Numbered from the stretch's first letter, positions 24,365 to 38,516 are shown. The stretch: DNA of 64,000 bases from Octopus sinensis (GCF_006345805.1 NW_021833082.1:1-64000); one strand, 5' to 3'. The notes: generated by a model from the sequence alone, not told the origin. Numbers and translations are program-made.

Positions 24365-27300
24365 TAAGAAAGACAGTTAGACAGACAGATAAGAAAGACA
24401 GACACACAGACAGACAGACAGGTAAGAAAGACAGTTAGACAGACAGACAGACAGACAGATATGAAAGACAGACAGACAGACAGACAGATAAGAAAGACAG
24501 TTAGACAGAGAGACAGACAGATAAGAAAGACAGTTAGACAGACAGACAGACAGATAAGAATGACAGTTAGACAGACAGACAGACAGATAAGAAGACAGAC
24601 AGACAATCAGACAGACAGATAAGAAAGACAGTTAGACAGACAGACAGATAAGAAAGACAGTTAGACAGACAGACAGACAGAGAGATAAGAAAGACAGACA
24701 GACAGATAAGAAAGACAGTTAGACAGTCAGACAGACAGACAGATAAGAAAGACAGACAGACAGACAGACAGATAAGAAAGACCGTTAGACAGACAGACAG
24801 AGAGATAAGAAAGACACTTAGATAGACAGACAGACAGATAAGAAAGACAGAGAGACCGAAAGACAGATAAAAAAGACAGTTAGACAGACACACAGACAGA
24901 TAAGAAAGACAGTTAGACAGACAGACAGACAGACAGATATGAAAGACGGTTAGACAGACAGATAAGTAAGACAGACAGACAGATAGACAGATAAGAAAGA
25001 CAGACAGACAGACAGACAGATGAAAAAGACAGACAGACAGACAGATAAGAAAGACAGTTAGACAGACAGACAGACAGATAAGAAAGACAGTCAGACAGAC
25101 AGATAAGAAATACAGACAGACAGACAGACAGTCAGATAAGAAAGACAATCAGAAAGACAGACAGACAGATAAGAAAGAAAGTTAGACAGACAGACAGACA
25201 GGCAGATAAAAAAGACAGTTAGACAGACAGACAGACAGACAGAGAGATAACAAAGACCGATAGACAGACAGACGGACAGACAGATAAGAAAGTCAGTTAA
25301 ACAGACAGACAGACAGACAGACAGACAGATAGACAGGTAAGAAAGACAGACAGACAGATAAGAGAGATAGACAGACAGACAGATAAAAAAGACAGTTAGA
25401 CAGACAGACAGACAGACAGACAAATAAGAAAAACAGACAGATAGAAGGACAGATAAGAAAGACTGTTAGACAGACAGACAGACAGACAGATATAAGAAAG
25501 ACAGACAGACGACAGACAGACAGATAAGAAAGACAGGTTAGACAGACACACAGACAGATAAAAAAGACAGTTAGACGGACAGACAGATAAGAAAGACAGT
25601 TAGACAGACAGATAAGTAAGACAGACAGACAGACAGATAAGAAAGACAGACAGACAGACAGATAAGAAAGACAGTTAGACAGACAGACAGACAGACAGAT
25701 AAGAAAGAAAGACAGACAGACAGACAGACAGATAAGAAAGACATTTAGACAGACAGACAGACAGATTAAAAAGACAGACAGACAAACAGACAGACAGACA
25801 AATAAGAAAAACAGACAGATAGAAGGACAGATAAGAAAGACAGACAGACAGACAGACAGATAAGAAAGAGAGTTAGACATACAGACAGACAGACAGATAA
25901 GAAAAAATGTTAGATAGACAGAAAGACAGATAAGAAGCACAGACAGACAGACAGACAGACAGATTAGAAAAACAGTTAGACAGACAGTCAGACAGACAGA
26001 TAAGAAAGACAGACAGGCAGACTGACAGACAGATAAGAAATACTGTTAGACAGACAGACAGACAGATTAGAAAGACAGAAAGACAGTTAGACAGACAGAC
26101 AGATAAGAAAGACAGTTAGACAGACAGATAAGAAAGACAGACAAACAGACAGACAGAAAAGAAAGACAGTTAGACAGACAGACAGACAGATAAGAAAGAC
26201 AGACAAACAGACAGACAGATAAGAAAGACAGTTAGACAGACAGACAGACAGATAAGAAACACAGACAGACAGACAGTTAAGGAAGACTGTTAGACAGACA
26301 GACAGACAGACAGATAAGAAAGACAGTTAGACAGACAGACAGACAGACAGATAAGGAAGACAGTTAGACAGACAGACAGACAGACAGATAAGAAAGACAG
26401 TTAGACAGATAGACAGACAGACAGATAGACAGACAGAGAGACAGACAGATGAGAAAGACAGAGACATACAGACAGACAGGACAGATAAGAAAGACAGAGA
26501 GAAAGACAGACAGACAGACAGACAGACAGACACATAAGGAAGACAGACAGACAGACAGATAAGAAAGACAGTTAGACAGACAGATAAGAAAGACAGACAC
26601 TCAGACAGACAGAGAGGTAAGAAAGACAGTTAGACAGACGGACAGACAGACAGATAAGAAAGACAGTTAGACAAAGAGACAGACAGATAAGAAAGACAGT
26701 TAGACAGACTGACAGACAGATAAGAATGACAGTTAGACAGAGAGATAGACAGATAAGAAAGACAGAGAGACAAACAGACAGACAGATAAGAAAGACATTT
26801 ATTCAGACAGATAAGAAAGACAGTTAGACAGACAGACAGACAGACAGACATAAAAGACAGACAGACAGACAGATAAGAAAGACAGTTAGACAGACAGACA
26901 GACAGACAGATAAGATAAGAAAGACAGACAGAAGACAGACAGATAAGAAGACCGTTAGACAGACAGACAGAGAGATAAGAAAGACACTTAGATAGACAGA
27001 CAGACAGATAAGAAAGACAGAGAGACCGAAAGACAGATAAAAAAGACAGTTAGACAGACACACAGACAGATAAGAAAGACAGTTAGACAGACAGACAGAC
27101 AGACAGACAGATATGAAAGACGGTTAGACAGACAGATAAGTAAGACAGACAGACAGATAGACAGATAAGAAAGACAGACAGACAGACAGACAGATGAAAT
27201 AGACAGACAGACAGACAGATAAGAAAGACAGTTAGACAGACAGACAGACAGATAAGAAAGACAGTTAGACAGACACACAGACAGACAGATATGAAAGACG

Positions 27301-27788
27301 GTTAGACAGACAGATAAGTAAGACAGACAGACAGATAGACAGATAAGAAAGACAGACAGACAGACAGACAGATGAAAAATACAGACAGACAGACAGATAA
27401 GAAAGACAGTTAGACAGACAGATAAGAATGACGGTTAGACGGACAGACAGACAGATAAGAAAGACAGTCAGACAGACAGATAAGAAAGACAGTTTGACAG
27501 ACAGACACGAAAGACAGACAGACAGACAGATGAGAAAGACAGTTAGACAGACAGACAGACAGACATACAGATAAGAAAGACAGACAGACTGACAGTCAGA
27601 CAGATGAGAAAGACAGTTAGACAGACAGACAGACAGATAAAAAAGACAGAGAGAAAGACAGACAGACAGACAGTCAGATAAGAAAGACAAACAGAAAGAC
27701 AGACAGATAAGAATGACAGTTAGACAGGCAGACAGACACATAAGAAATATAGTTAGACAGACAGATAAGAAAGACAGACAGATAAGAA

Positions 27789-27819
<31 letters not shown>

Positions 27820-28253
27820 TTAGAAAAACAGTTAGACAGACAGTCAGACAGACAGATAAGAAAGAAAGAGAGACAGACAGTTAGACAGACAGACAGACAG
27901 ATAAGAAAGACAGTTAGACAGGCAGACAGACAGATAAGAAAGACAGACAGGCAGACAGACAGACAGATAAGAAAGACAGTTAGACAGACAAACAGACAGA
28001 CAGATAAGAAAGACAGTTAGACAGACAGATAGAAAGATAAGAAAGACAGACAAACAGACAGACAGATAAGAAAGACATTTAGACAGACAGACAGACAGAT
28101 AAGAAACACAGACAGACAGACAGTTAAGAAAGACAGTTAGACAGACAGACAGACAGACAGATAAGAAAGACAGTTAGGCAGACAGACAGACAGACAGATA
28201 AGAAAGACAGTTAGACAGACAGACAGACAGACAGATAAGAAAGACAGTTAGAC

Positions 28254-28288
<35 letters not shown>

Positions 28289-28373
28289 TGAGAAGGACAG
28301 AGACAGACAGACAGACAGATAAGAAAGACAGAGAGACAGACAGACAGACAGACAGACAGGTAAGAAAGACAGT

Positions 28374-28405
<32 letters not shown>

Positions 28406-31400
28406 TAAGAAAGACAGTTAGACAGACAGATAAGAAAGACAGACACACAGACAGACAGACAGGTAAGAAAGACAGTTAGACAGACAGACAGACAGACAGA
28501 TATGAAAGACAGACAGACAGACAGATAAGAAAGACAGTTAGACAGAGAGACAGACAGATAAGAAAGACAGTTAGACAGACAGACAGACAGATAAGAATGA
28601 CAGTTAGACAGACAGACAGACAGATAAGAAAGACAGACAGACAATCAGACAGACAGATAAGAAAGACAGTTAGACAGACAGACAGATAAGAAAGACAGTT
28701 AGACAGACAGACAGACAGAGAGATAAGAAAGACAGACAGACAGATAAGAAAGACAGTTAGACAGTCAGACAGACAGACAGATAAGAAAGACAGACAGACA
28801 GACAGACAGATAAGAAAGACCGTTAGACAGACAGACAGAGAGATAAGAAAGACACTTAGATAGACAGACAGACAGATAAGAAAGACACAGAGAGACCGAA
28901 AGACAGATAAAAAAGACAGTTAGACAGACACACAGACAGATAAGAAAGACAGTTAGACAGAAAGACAGACAGACAGATATGAAAGACGGTTAGACAGACA
29001 GATAAGTAAGACAGACAGACAGACAGATAAGAAAGACAGACAGACAGACAGACAGATGAAAAAGACAGACAGACAGACAGATAAGAAAGACAGTTAGACA
29101 GACAGACAGACAGATAAGAAAGACAGTCAGACAGACAGATAAGAAATACAGACAGACAGACAGACAGTCAGATAAGAAAGACAATCAGAAAGACAGACAG
29201 ACAGATAAGAAAGAAAGTTAGACAGACAGACAGACAGGCAGATAAAAAAGACAGTTAGACAGACAGACAGACAGACAGAGAGATAACAAAGACCGATAGA
29301 CAGACATACGGACAGACAGATAAGAAAGTCAGTTAAACAGACAGACAGACAGACAGACAGACAGATAGACAGGTAAGAAAGACAGACAGACAGATAAGAA
29401 AGATAGACAGACAGACAGATAAAAAACCAGTTAGACAGACAGACAGACAGACAGACAGATAAGAAAGACAGACAGACAGACAGACAGATAAGAAAGACTG
29501 TTAGACAGACAGACAGACAGACAGATAAGAAAGACAGAGAGACAGACAGACAGATAAGAAAGACAGGTTAGACAGACACACAGACAGATAAAAAAGACAG
29601 TTAGACGGACAGACAGATAAGAAAGACAGTTAGACAGACAGATAAGTAAGACAGACAGACAGACAGATAAGAAAGACAGACAGACAGACAGATAAGAAAG
29701 ACAGTTAGACAGACAGACAGACAGACAGATAAGAAAGAAAGACAGACAGACAGACAGACAGATAAGAAAGACATTTAGACAGACAGACAGACAGATTAAA
29801 AAGACAGACAGACAAACAGACAGACAGACAAATAAGAAAAACAGACAGATAGAAGGACAGATAAGAAAGACAGACAGACAGACAGACAGATAAGAAAGAG
29901 AGTTAGACATACAGACAGACAGACAGATAAGAAAAAATGTTAGATAGACAGAAAGACAGATAAGAAGCACAGACAGACAGACAGACAGACAGATTAGAAA
30001 AACAGTTAGACAGACAGTCAGACAGACAGATAAGAAAGAAAGAGAGACAGACAGTTAGACAGACACACAGACAGATAAGAAAGACAGTTAGACAGGCAGA
30101 CAGACAGATTAGAAAGACAGACAGGCAGACTGACAGACAGATAAGAAATACTGTTAGACAGACAGACAGACAGATTAGAAAGACAGAAAGACAGTTAGAC
30201 AGACAGACAGATAAGAAAGACAGTTAGACAGACAGACAGATAAGAAAGACAGACAAACAGACAGACAGAAAAGAAAGACAGTTAGACAGACAGACAGACA
30301 GATAAGAAAGACAGACAAACAGACAGACAGATAAGAAAGACAGTTAGACAGACAGACAGACAGATAAGAAACACAGACAGACAGACAGTTAAGGAAGACA
30401 GTTAGACAGACAGACAGACAGACAGATAAGAAAGACAGTTAGACAGACAGACAGACAGACAGATAAGGAAGACAGTTAGACAGACAGACAGACAGACAGA
30501 TAAGAAAGACAGTTAGACAGATAGACAGACAGACAGATAGACAGACAGACAGATAGACAGACAGAGAGACAGACAGATGAGAAAGACAGAGACATACAGA
30601 CAGACAGGACAGATAAGAAAGACAGAGAGAAAGACAGACAGACAGACAGACAGACAGACACATAAGGAAGACAGACAGACAGACAGATAAGAAAGACAGT
30701 TAGACAGACAGATAAGAAAGACAGACACTCAGACAGACAGAGAGGTAAGAAAGACAGTTAGACAGACGGACAGACAGACAGATAAGAAAGACAGACAAAC
30801 AGACAGACAGATAAGAAAGACAGTTAGACAGACAGATAAGAAAGACAGTTAGACAGACTGACAGACAGATAAGAATGACAGTTAGACAGAGAGACAGACA
30901 GATAAGAAAGACAGAGAGACAAACAGACAGACAGATAAGAAAGACATTTATTCAGACAGATAAGAAAGACTGTTAGACAGACAGACAGACAGACAGACAT
31001 AAAAGACAGACAGACAGACAGATAAGAAAGACAGTTAGACAGACAGACAGACAGACAGATAAGAAAGACAGACAGACAGACAGACAGATAAGAAAGACCG
31101 TTAGACAGACAGACAGACAGATAAGAAAGACAGTTAGACAGACAGACAGACAGACAGATAAGAAAGACAGAGAGACAGACAGACATATAAGAAAGACAGT
31201 TAGACAGACAGACAGACAGACAGATAAGAAAGACAGTTAGACAGACAGACAGATTAGAAAGACTGACAGACAGACAGACACATAAGAAAGACAGTTAGAC
31301 AGACAGACAGACAGACAGATAAGAAAGACAGACAAACAGACAGACAGATAAGAAAGACAGTTAGACAGACAGACAGACAGATAAGAAAGACAGTTAGACA

Positions 31401-33720
31401 GACAGACAGACAGACAGACAGATAAGAAAGACAGTTAGACAGACACACAGACAGATAAGAAAGACAGTTAGACAGTCAGACAGACAGATTAGAAAGACAG
31501 ACAGACGGACAGTCAGACAGACATATACAAAGACAGAGAGACGGACAGTCAGACAGGCAGATTAGAAAGACAGACAGACAGACAGACAGACAGACAGTCA
31601 GACAGACAGATTAGAAAGACAGGCAGACAGACAGTCAGACAGACAGATTAGAAAGACAGGCAGACAGACAGTCAGACAGACAGATTAGAAAGACAGGCAG
31701 ACAGACAGTCAGACAGACAGATTAGAAAGACAGGCAGACAGACAGTCAGACAGACAGATTAGAAAGACAGACAGACGGACAGTCAGACAGACTGATTAGA
31801 AAGACAGACAGACGGACAGTCGGACAGACCGATTAGAAAGACAGACAGACGGACAGTCGGACAGACCGATTAGAAAGACAGACAGACGGACAGTCAGACA
31901 GACCGATTAGAAAGACAGACAGACGGACAGTCAGACAGACTGATTAGAAAGACAGACAGACGGACAGTCGGACAGACCGATTAGAAAGACAGACAGACGG
32001 ACAGTCGGACAGACCGATTAGAAAGACAGACAGACGGACAGTCGGACAGACCGATTAGAAAGACAGACAGACGGACAGTCAGACAGACCGATTAGAAAGA
32101 CAGACAGACGGACAGTCAGACAGACCGATTAGAAAGACAGACAGACGGACAGTCAGACAGACTGATAAGAAAGACAGACAGACAGACGGACAGTCAGACA
32201 GACCGATTAGAAAGACAGACAGACGGACAGTCAGACAGACCGATTAGAAAGACAGACAGACGGACAGTTAGACAGACCGATTAGAAAGACAGACAGACGG
32301 ACAGTCAGACAGACTGATAAGAAAGACAGACAGACAGACGGACAGTCAGACAGACCGATTAGAAAGACAGACAGACGGACAGTCAGACAGACCGATTAGA
32401 AAGACAGACAGACGGACAGTCAGACAGACCGATTAGAAAGACAGACAGACGGACAGTCAGACAGACTGATAAGAAAGACAGACAGACGGACAGTCAGACA
32501 GACCGATTAGAAAGACAGACAGACGGACGGTCAGACAGACCGATTAGAAAGACAGACAGACGGACAGTCAGACTGACCGATTAGAAAGACAGACAGACGG
32601 ACAGTCAGACAGACTGATAAGAAAGACAGACAGACGGACAGTCAGACAGACCGATTAGAAAGACAGACAGACGGACAGTCAGACAGACTGATAAGAAAGA
32701 CAGACAGACGGACAGTCAGACAGACTGATTAGAAAGACAGACAGACGGACAGTCAGACAGACTGATAAGAAAGACAGACAGACGGACAGTCAGACAGACC
32801 GATTAGAAAGACAGACAGACGGACAGTCAGACAGACTGATAAGAAAGACAGACAGACGGACAGTCAGACAGACCGATTAGAAAGACAGACAGACGGACAG
32901 TCAGACAGACTGATAAGAAAGACAGACAGACGGACAGTCAGACAGACTGATAAGAAAGACAGACAGACGGACAGTCAGACAGACTGATTAGAAAGACAGA
33001 CAGACGGACAGTCAGACAGACCGATTAGAAAGACAGACAGACGGACAGTCAGACAGACCGATTAGAAAGACAGACAGACGGACAGTCAGACAGACTGATA
33101 AGAAAGACAGACAGACGGACAGTCAGACAGACTGATAAGAAAGACAGACAGACGGACAGTCAGACAGACTAATAAGGAAGACAGACAGACGGACAGTCAG
33201 ACAGACTGATAAGAAAGACAGACAGACGGACAGTCAGACAGACTGATAAGAAAGACAGACAGACGGACAGTCAGACAGACTGATAAGAAAGACAGACAGA
33301 CGGACAGTCAGACAGACCGATTAGAAAGACAGACAGACGGACAGTCAGACAGACTGATAAGAAAGACAGACAGACGGACAGTCAGACAGACTGATAAGAA
33401 AGACAGGCAGACGGACAGTCAGACAGACTGATAAGAAAGACAGACAGACGGACAGTCAGACAGACTGATAAGAAAGACAGACAGACGGACAGTCAGACAG
33501 ACTGATAAGAAAGACAGACAGACGGACAGTCAGACAGACTGATAAGAAAGACAGACAGACGGACAGTCAGACAGACTGATAAGAAAGACAGACAGACGGA
33601 CAGTCAGACAGACTGATAAGAAAGACAGACAGACGGACAGTCAGACAGACTGATAAGAAAGACAGACAGACGGACAGTCGCACAGACAGATTAGAAAGAC
33701 AGACAGCCGGACAGACTGAT
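8801..33720. repeat. ~25-kb complex satellite built from (GACA)n, GATAAGAAA and GACAGTTA words
   Basis: Continuous from 8801 to ~33720; top strand strongly A/G-rich and T-poor; begins as (GATA)n at 8815-9120. Confidence 0.98.
31480..33700. repeat. Homogenised 37-bp minisatellite sub-domain
   Basis: Unit AGAAAGACAGACAGACGGACAGTCAGACAGAC(C/T)GAT(T/A); period 37 measured between 31801 and 31838. Confidence 0.95.
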
Positions 33721-34214
33721 AGATAGAGAAAGGGGGGTGCGAGAGAGGAAGAAAGGTAGGGAATGAACTAAAAGAACGCATGCAACGGTGTCAAGGGAAA
33801 CAACCCTGTTTACTTATTATCTCCCTTTGACCACAATAGGATTCCGCGACACAGTTCCGATTTCCAACGGGAACTGATGTCGCTTAAGTGTTATAAGAAA
33901 ACTTCATTTCCATTTTTGTTAAGTAATTTTCAAGTTACAGGTGTTTTATATATGTATATATATGTATATATATGGATGTGTGAGTTTCTGAGCTAATGTT
34001 CTTTAGAACTAGACTAGTCTTGGTTTCCGTACATATCGTCAAAAGCGTTCTTGCCGTGGCCAACTAGTTTGGGTTAGGGTTTATTATTTATATTCCGGGT
34101 TTTTTTGGTTTATTTTCGTTTTGTTTTTTTTGTGTTTTAGTCGAAAGAACGGGTGGAGGGTTTGCATTAGAAGAAGGTGTGCATGTGTATGTGTGTGTAT
34201 GTGTGCGTGCGTGC

Positions 34215-34410
34215 GTGTTTGCCCCCACCACCGTCACCACCATCAGTTGACAACCGATGTTACAGGGTTTACGTCACTGTTACGTAGCGATTCGACAAAA
34301 GAGACCGATAGAATAAGTACTAGGCTTACAGAGAATAAGTCCTGGGGTCTATTTGTTCGACTAAAGGTGGTGCTCCAGCATGGCCACAGTGAAATGACTG
34401 AAACATGTAT
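34215..34410 (+). mobile_element. SINE family A, 3' half
   Basis: TTGACAACCGATG...GGTGCTCCAGCATGGCCACAG...GACTGAAACA. Confidence 0.8.
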
Positions 34411-34424
34411 ATATATCTATATAT

Positions 34425-34845
34425 ACTCTTTTACTCTTTTACCCTTTTACTTGTTTCAGTCATTTTGACTGCGGCCATGCTGGAGCACCGCCTTTAATCG
34501 AGCAAATCGACCTTCGGGACTTATTCTTTGTAAGCCTAGTACTTATTCCATCGGTCTATTTTGCCGAACCGCTAGGTAACGGGGACGTAAACACAACAGC
34601 ATCGGTTGTCAAGGGATGTTGGGAGGACAAACACAGACACACAAACATATACACACACACACATATATATATATATACACATACGACGGGCTTCTTTCAG
34701 TTTCCGTCTACCAAATCCACTCACAAGGCTTTGGTCGGCCCGAGGCTATAGTAGAAGACACTTGCCCAAGATGCCACGCAGTGGGACTGAACCCGGAACC
34801 ATGTGGTTGGTAAGCAAGCTACTTACCACACAGCCACTCCTGCGC
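34425..34845 (-). mobile_element. SINE family A, full length
   Basis: Reverse complement of 2482-2910. Confidence 0.9.
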
Positions 34846-35509
34846 TGGTACAGTATAGTATATCTATCTATATATATATGTATAGTATATCTAGGAATAC
34901 AATATCTATGTTTTGTTTCATTTAAAACAATTGGATGTGGTTTGAGTGAAATTTGACTGCTATTTCTAGCAGTTGTAACGACCACGTTAAAGAAATCGCC
35001 CTTGTTTCCCTAACGCAAATATCGTACGGTCTAAGGGAGATAATCAATGACAGCCTATGACTGTTAATCTGTCACGGTTGTTTCCCTTTGACCACAAATT
35101 GCTAGATTGCAATCCGCTTTTATCAACAGAATCGTACCTCATTGACATTATTTCCGCATAACTTTCTGAAAAGTTAATATTTTTTTAAAGATTTTTTTTG
35201 CAAATACCTTTCAGATGGTATAGATTTCGATCACATCAGAATTTAACGGGCTTTGGTAAGAAATATATATATATATATGAAGAAACGCCATAATAATTTG
35301 GCGTTCCACCATCCGATTTTCGAGATAAGTCTTTAATTTCCTTCTATTTTTTTTTTTTTGTAATAGTTTTGCAAGATTCTTGAAGTGAAATCATATGTTG
35401 CTATAATTTGGGAGGGTCATTTGGCCACTAAGAAACATGCACTGGTTTTATTTCACTTCACTTTCCAGTTTATAATACTGCCAAATGGAATTTTTTCAGA
35501 CTCCTTACA

Positions 35510-36450
35510 TTCTGATTTCAAATTCCATTGGGTCAACATCTCCTTTCTTCTTTTCAGGGTCAATGAAACAAGCACAAAGCCTTGGGGTCAATGTAAACGT
35601 CTGGACACCTTCCCAAAAATTTCATTATTGGTTTCAAATTTTGGCACAAAGCCAGCAATTTCGAGGGGGAGGGTAAGTTGATTACATCGACTCCAGTACT
35701 CAACTGGTACCTATCTTAAGGTGGCGAGCTGACAGAAACGTTAGCACGCCAGGTGAAATACCTACTGGTATTTCGGCTGCCGCTATGTTCTGAGTTCAAA
35801 TTCCGCCAATGTTGACTTTGCCTTTCATCCTTTCGGGGTCAGTTAAATAAGTACCAGTTACGCACTGGGGTCGATATAATCGACTTAATACCTATGTCTG
35901 TCCTTGTTTGTCCCTTCTGTGTGTAGCCCCTTGTGGGTAGTAAAGAAATAGGTATTTCGTCTGCTGCTACGTTCTGAGTTCAAATTCCGCCGAGGTCGAC
36001 TTTGCCTTTCATCCATTTGGGGTCGATAAATTAAGTACCAGTTACGCACTGGGGTCGATATAATCGACTTAATCCATTGTCTGTCCTTGTTTGTCCCCTC
36101 TATGTTTAGCCCCTTGTAGGTAGTAAAGAAATGGGTCCCTATTTTAACAACTCCAAAAGATTGAAAGATAACGACAATCTCGGTGGAATTTGAACCAAGA
36201 ACGTAAAGACAGACGTAATGCCGCAAAGCATTTTGTCCAGTGCGCTAAGGACTCTGCCAGCTTCCTGCCTTAGAAAGGATGATCATTATTATTAAGGAAT
36301 CAGGTGGTAAGTTGGCAGAATCATTAGAATGCCAGGCAAAATACTTAGAGTTATTTCGTCTGTTACAGCGTTCTGAGTTCAAAATCTGTCGAGGTCACCT
36401 GTAGATTTCATCCTTTTGGGGGGTTGATAAATTAAGTACCAGGTGAGTAC
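35510..36450. mobile_element. Cluster of about five SINE family D copies in both orientations
   Basis: Recurrent GGCGAGCTGGCAGAA...GAGTTCAAATTCCGCCGAGGTCGACTTTGCCTTTCATCC...GATAAATTAAGTACCAG at ~35715, ~35950 and ~36297 (+) and ~36150-36270 (-). Confidence 0.75.
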
Positions 36451-36452
36451 TT

Positions 36453-37058
36453 TTGTTCCTTCTCAAGCCACGCCTGGCTCATAAGGGCCGGTTTCCCGGT
36501 TTCCTTGGCGTATAGGTTCCCCACCTGGACGGGACGCCGGTCCATCGCAGGTGAGCTGCAAGATGCAGGAGGAAAGAGTGAGAGAAAGTTGTGGCGAAAG
36601 AGTCAGCAGAAGTTCGCCATTACCTTCTGCAGGAGCCGCGTGGAACTCAGGTGTTTTGCTCATGAACACACACATCGTCTGGTCTGAGATTCGAACCCGC
36701 AATCCCTCGACCACGAGTCCGCTGCTCTAACCACTAGGCCATGTGCCTCCACTGACTGGTAGAAGTTCACCATTACCTTCTGCCAGAGCCGCGTGGAGCT
36801 TAGGTGTTTTCGCTCATAAACACACATCGCCCGGTCTGAGATTCGAACCTGCAATCATTCGACCGTGAGTCCGCTGCTCTAACCACTAGGCCATGTGCCT
36901 CCACTGACTGGTAGAAGTTCACCATTACCTTCTTCCAGAGCCGTGTGGAGCTTAGGTGTTTTCGCTCATAAACACACACATCGCCCGGTCTGAGATTCGA
37001 ACCCGCAATCCCTCGACCACGAGTCCGCTGCTCTAACCACTAGGCCATGTGCCTCCAC
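36453..37058 (-). mobile_element. SINE family B trimer (head-head-full) inserted in a family D SINE
   Basis: Heads end at 37058, 36904 and 36752; flanking direct repeat AG(G/C)TGAGTACT at ~36441-36451 and ~37060-37070. Confidence 0.88.
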
Positions 37059-37154
37059 TAGCTGAGTACTGCGCCCAGTGTAATCAACTATCCCCCTGCC
37101 CCAAATATCGGGTCTTGTGCATAGAGTAGAAAGGGTTATTAAAGGGAATAAGGC

Positions 37155-37406
<252 letters not shown>

Positions 37407-37496
37407 CCAGGCGAAATGCTTAGTGGTATTTCGTCTGTCTTTATGTTCTGAGTTCAAATTCCATCAAGGTCAACTTTGCCTTTCATTCATTCGAGG

Positions 37497-38027
37497 CTGG
37501 ATGCTCAGAGAATAAGAATAGCCTGGGCAAAGTTTAGAAAGCTTCTTCCCCTACTGGTGACAAAGGGTCTCTCGCTCAGAGTGAAAGGTAGATTGTACAA
37601 CGCATGTGTTCGAACTGTCATGCTTCACGGCAGTGAAACATGGGCCGTGACTGCGGAGGACATGCGTAGGCTCAAAAGAAATTAAGCTAGCATGATCCGC
37701 TGGATGTGTAATGTCAGTGTGCACGTATGACAGAGTGTAAGTGCCCTGAGAGAAATGTTGGGCATAAGAAGCATTGGATGCAGCGTGCAGGAGAGACGTT
37801 TGCGTTGGTATGGTCACATACTGCGAATGTATGAGGAGAGATATGTGAGGAAATGCCACTCCCAAACAGTTGAAGGAATCCAGGGTAGAGGTAGAGGTAG
37901 ACCCAGAAAGTCATGGGATGAGGTGGTCAAGCATGAACTTTGAACATTGGACCTCACAGAGGCAATGACGAAAGACCGAGACCTCTGGAGATATGCTGTG
38001 ACTGTGAAGACTCGACAAATGAAGTAA
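37497..38027 (+). pseudogene. RTE-clade LINE ORF2 C-terminal remnant
   Basis: One frame: RIRIAWAKFRKLLPLLVTKGLSLRVKGRLYNACVRTVMLHGSETW...ERRLRWYGHILRM...GRGRPRKSWDEVV...KDRDLWR; three premature stops. Confidence 0.9.
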
Positions 38028-38401
38028 GTTCATGGCTCGCAGGATGGCCTGCTGTGCTTACCTTGGATCGTAGGGCGACCTGCTGTGCTTGAGGGGGCCT
38101 ACTGAGTCAAGTACATCAACATCAAATAAAAATCAAATGGAAATTGTAGTTGTGATACCCATGCTGATGGCACGTAAAAAGCATCATCTGAATGTGGCCG
38201 ATGCCAGCGCCACCTTGACTGGCATCCGTGCTGGTGGCACATGAAAAGCACCATCCTATCGTGGCCGTTGCCAGCCTTGCCTTGCACGTAAAAAGCACCC
38301 ACTACACTCACGGAGTGGTTGGTGTTAGGAAGGGCATCCAGCTGTAGAAACACTGCCAGATCAGACTGGAGTCTGGTGCAGCCTCCTGGCTTCCCAGACC
38401 C
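38028..38401 (+). mobile_element. RTE 3' UTR, truncated before the tail
   Basis: Contiguous with the ORF2 stop; same ~65-bp repeats as 1-563. Confidence 0.8.
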
Positions 38402-38516
38402 CAAATACAACATATGAGTGTTCAGCCTTTGCCAAATGACCTACACAAATGATTTGTTTATACGTTATTTACATTATTTACATTTGCCAGATATTTGTCC
38501 TCATCTTGTTTGTTGT

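Noticed and set aside
9593-31448. Dozens of LSVCLSVC / RQTDRQ ORFs up to 237 aa
   Set aside because: Read-through of the GACA satellite; no complexity, and present in multiple frames
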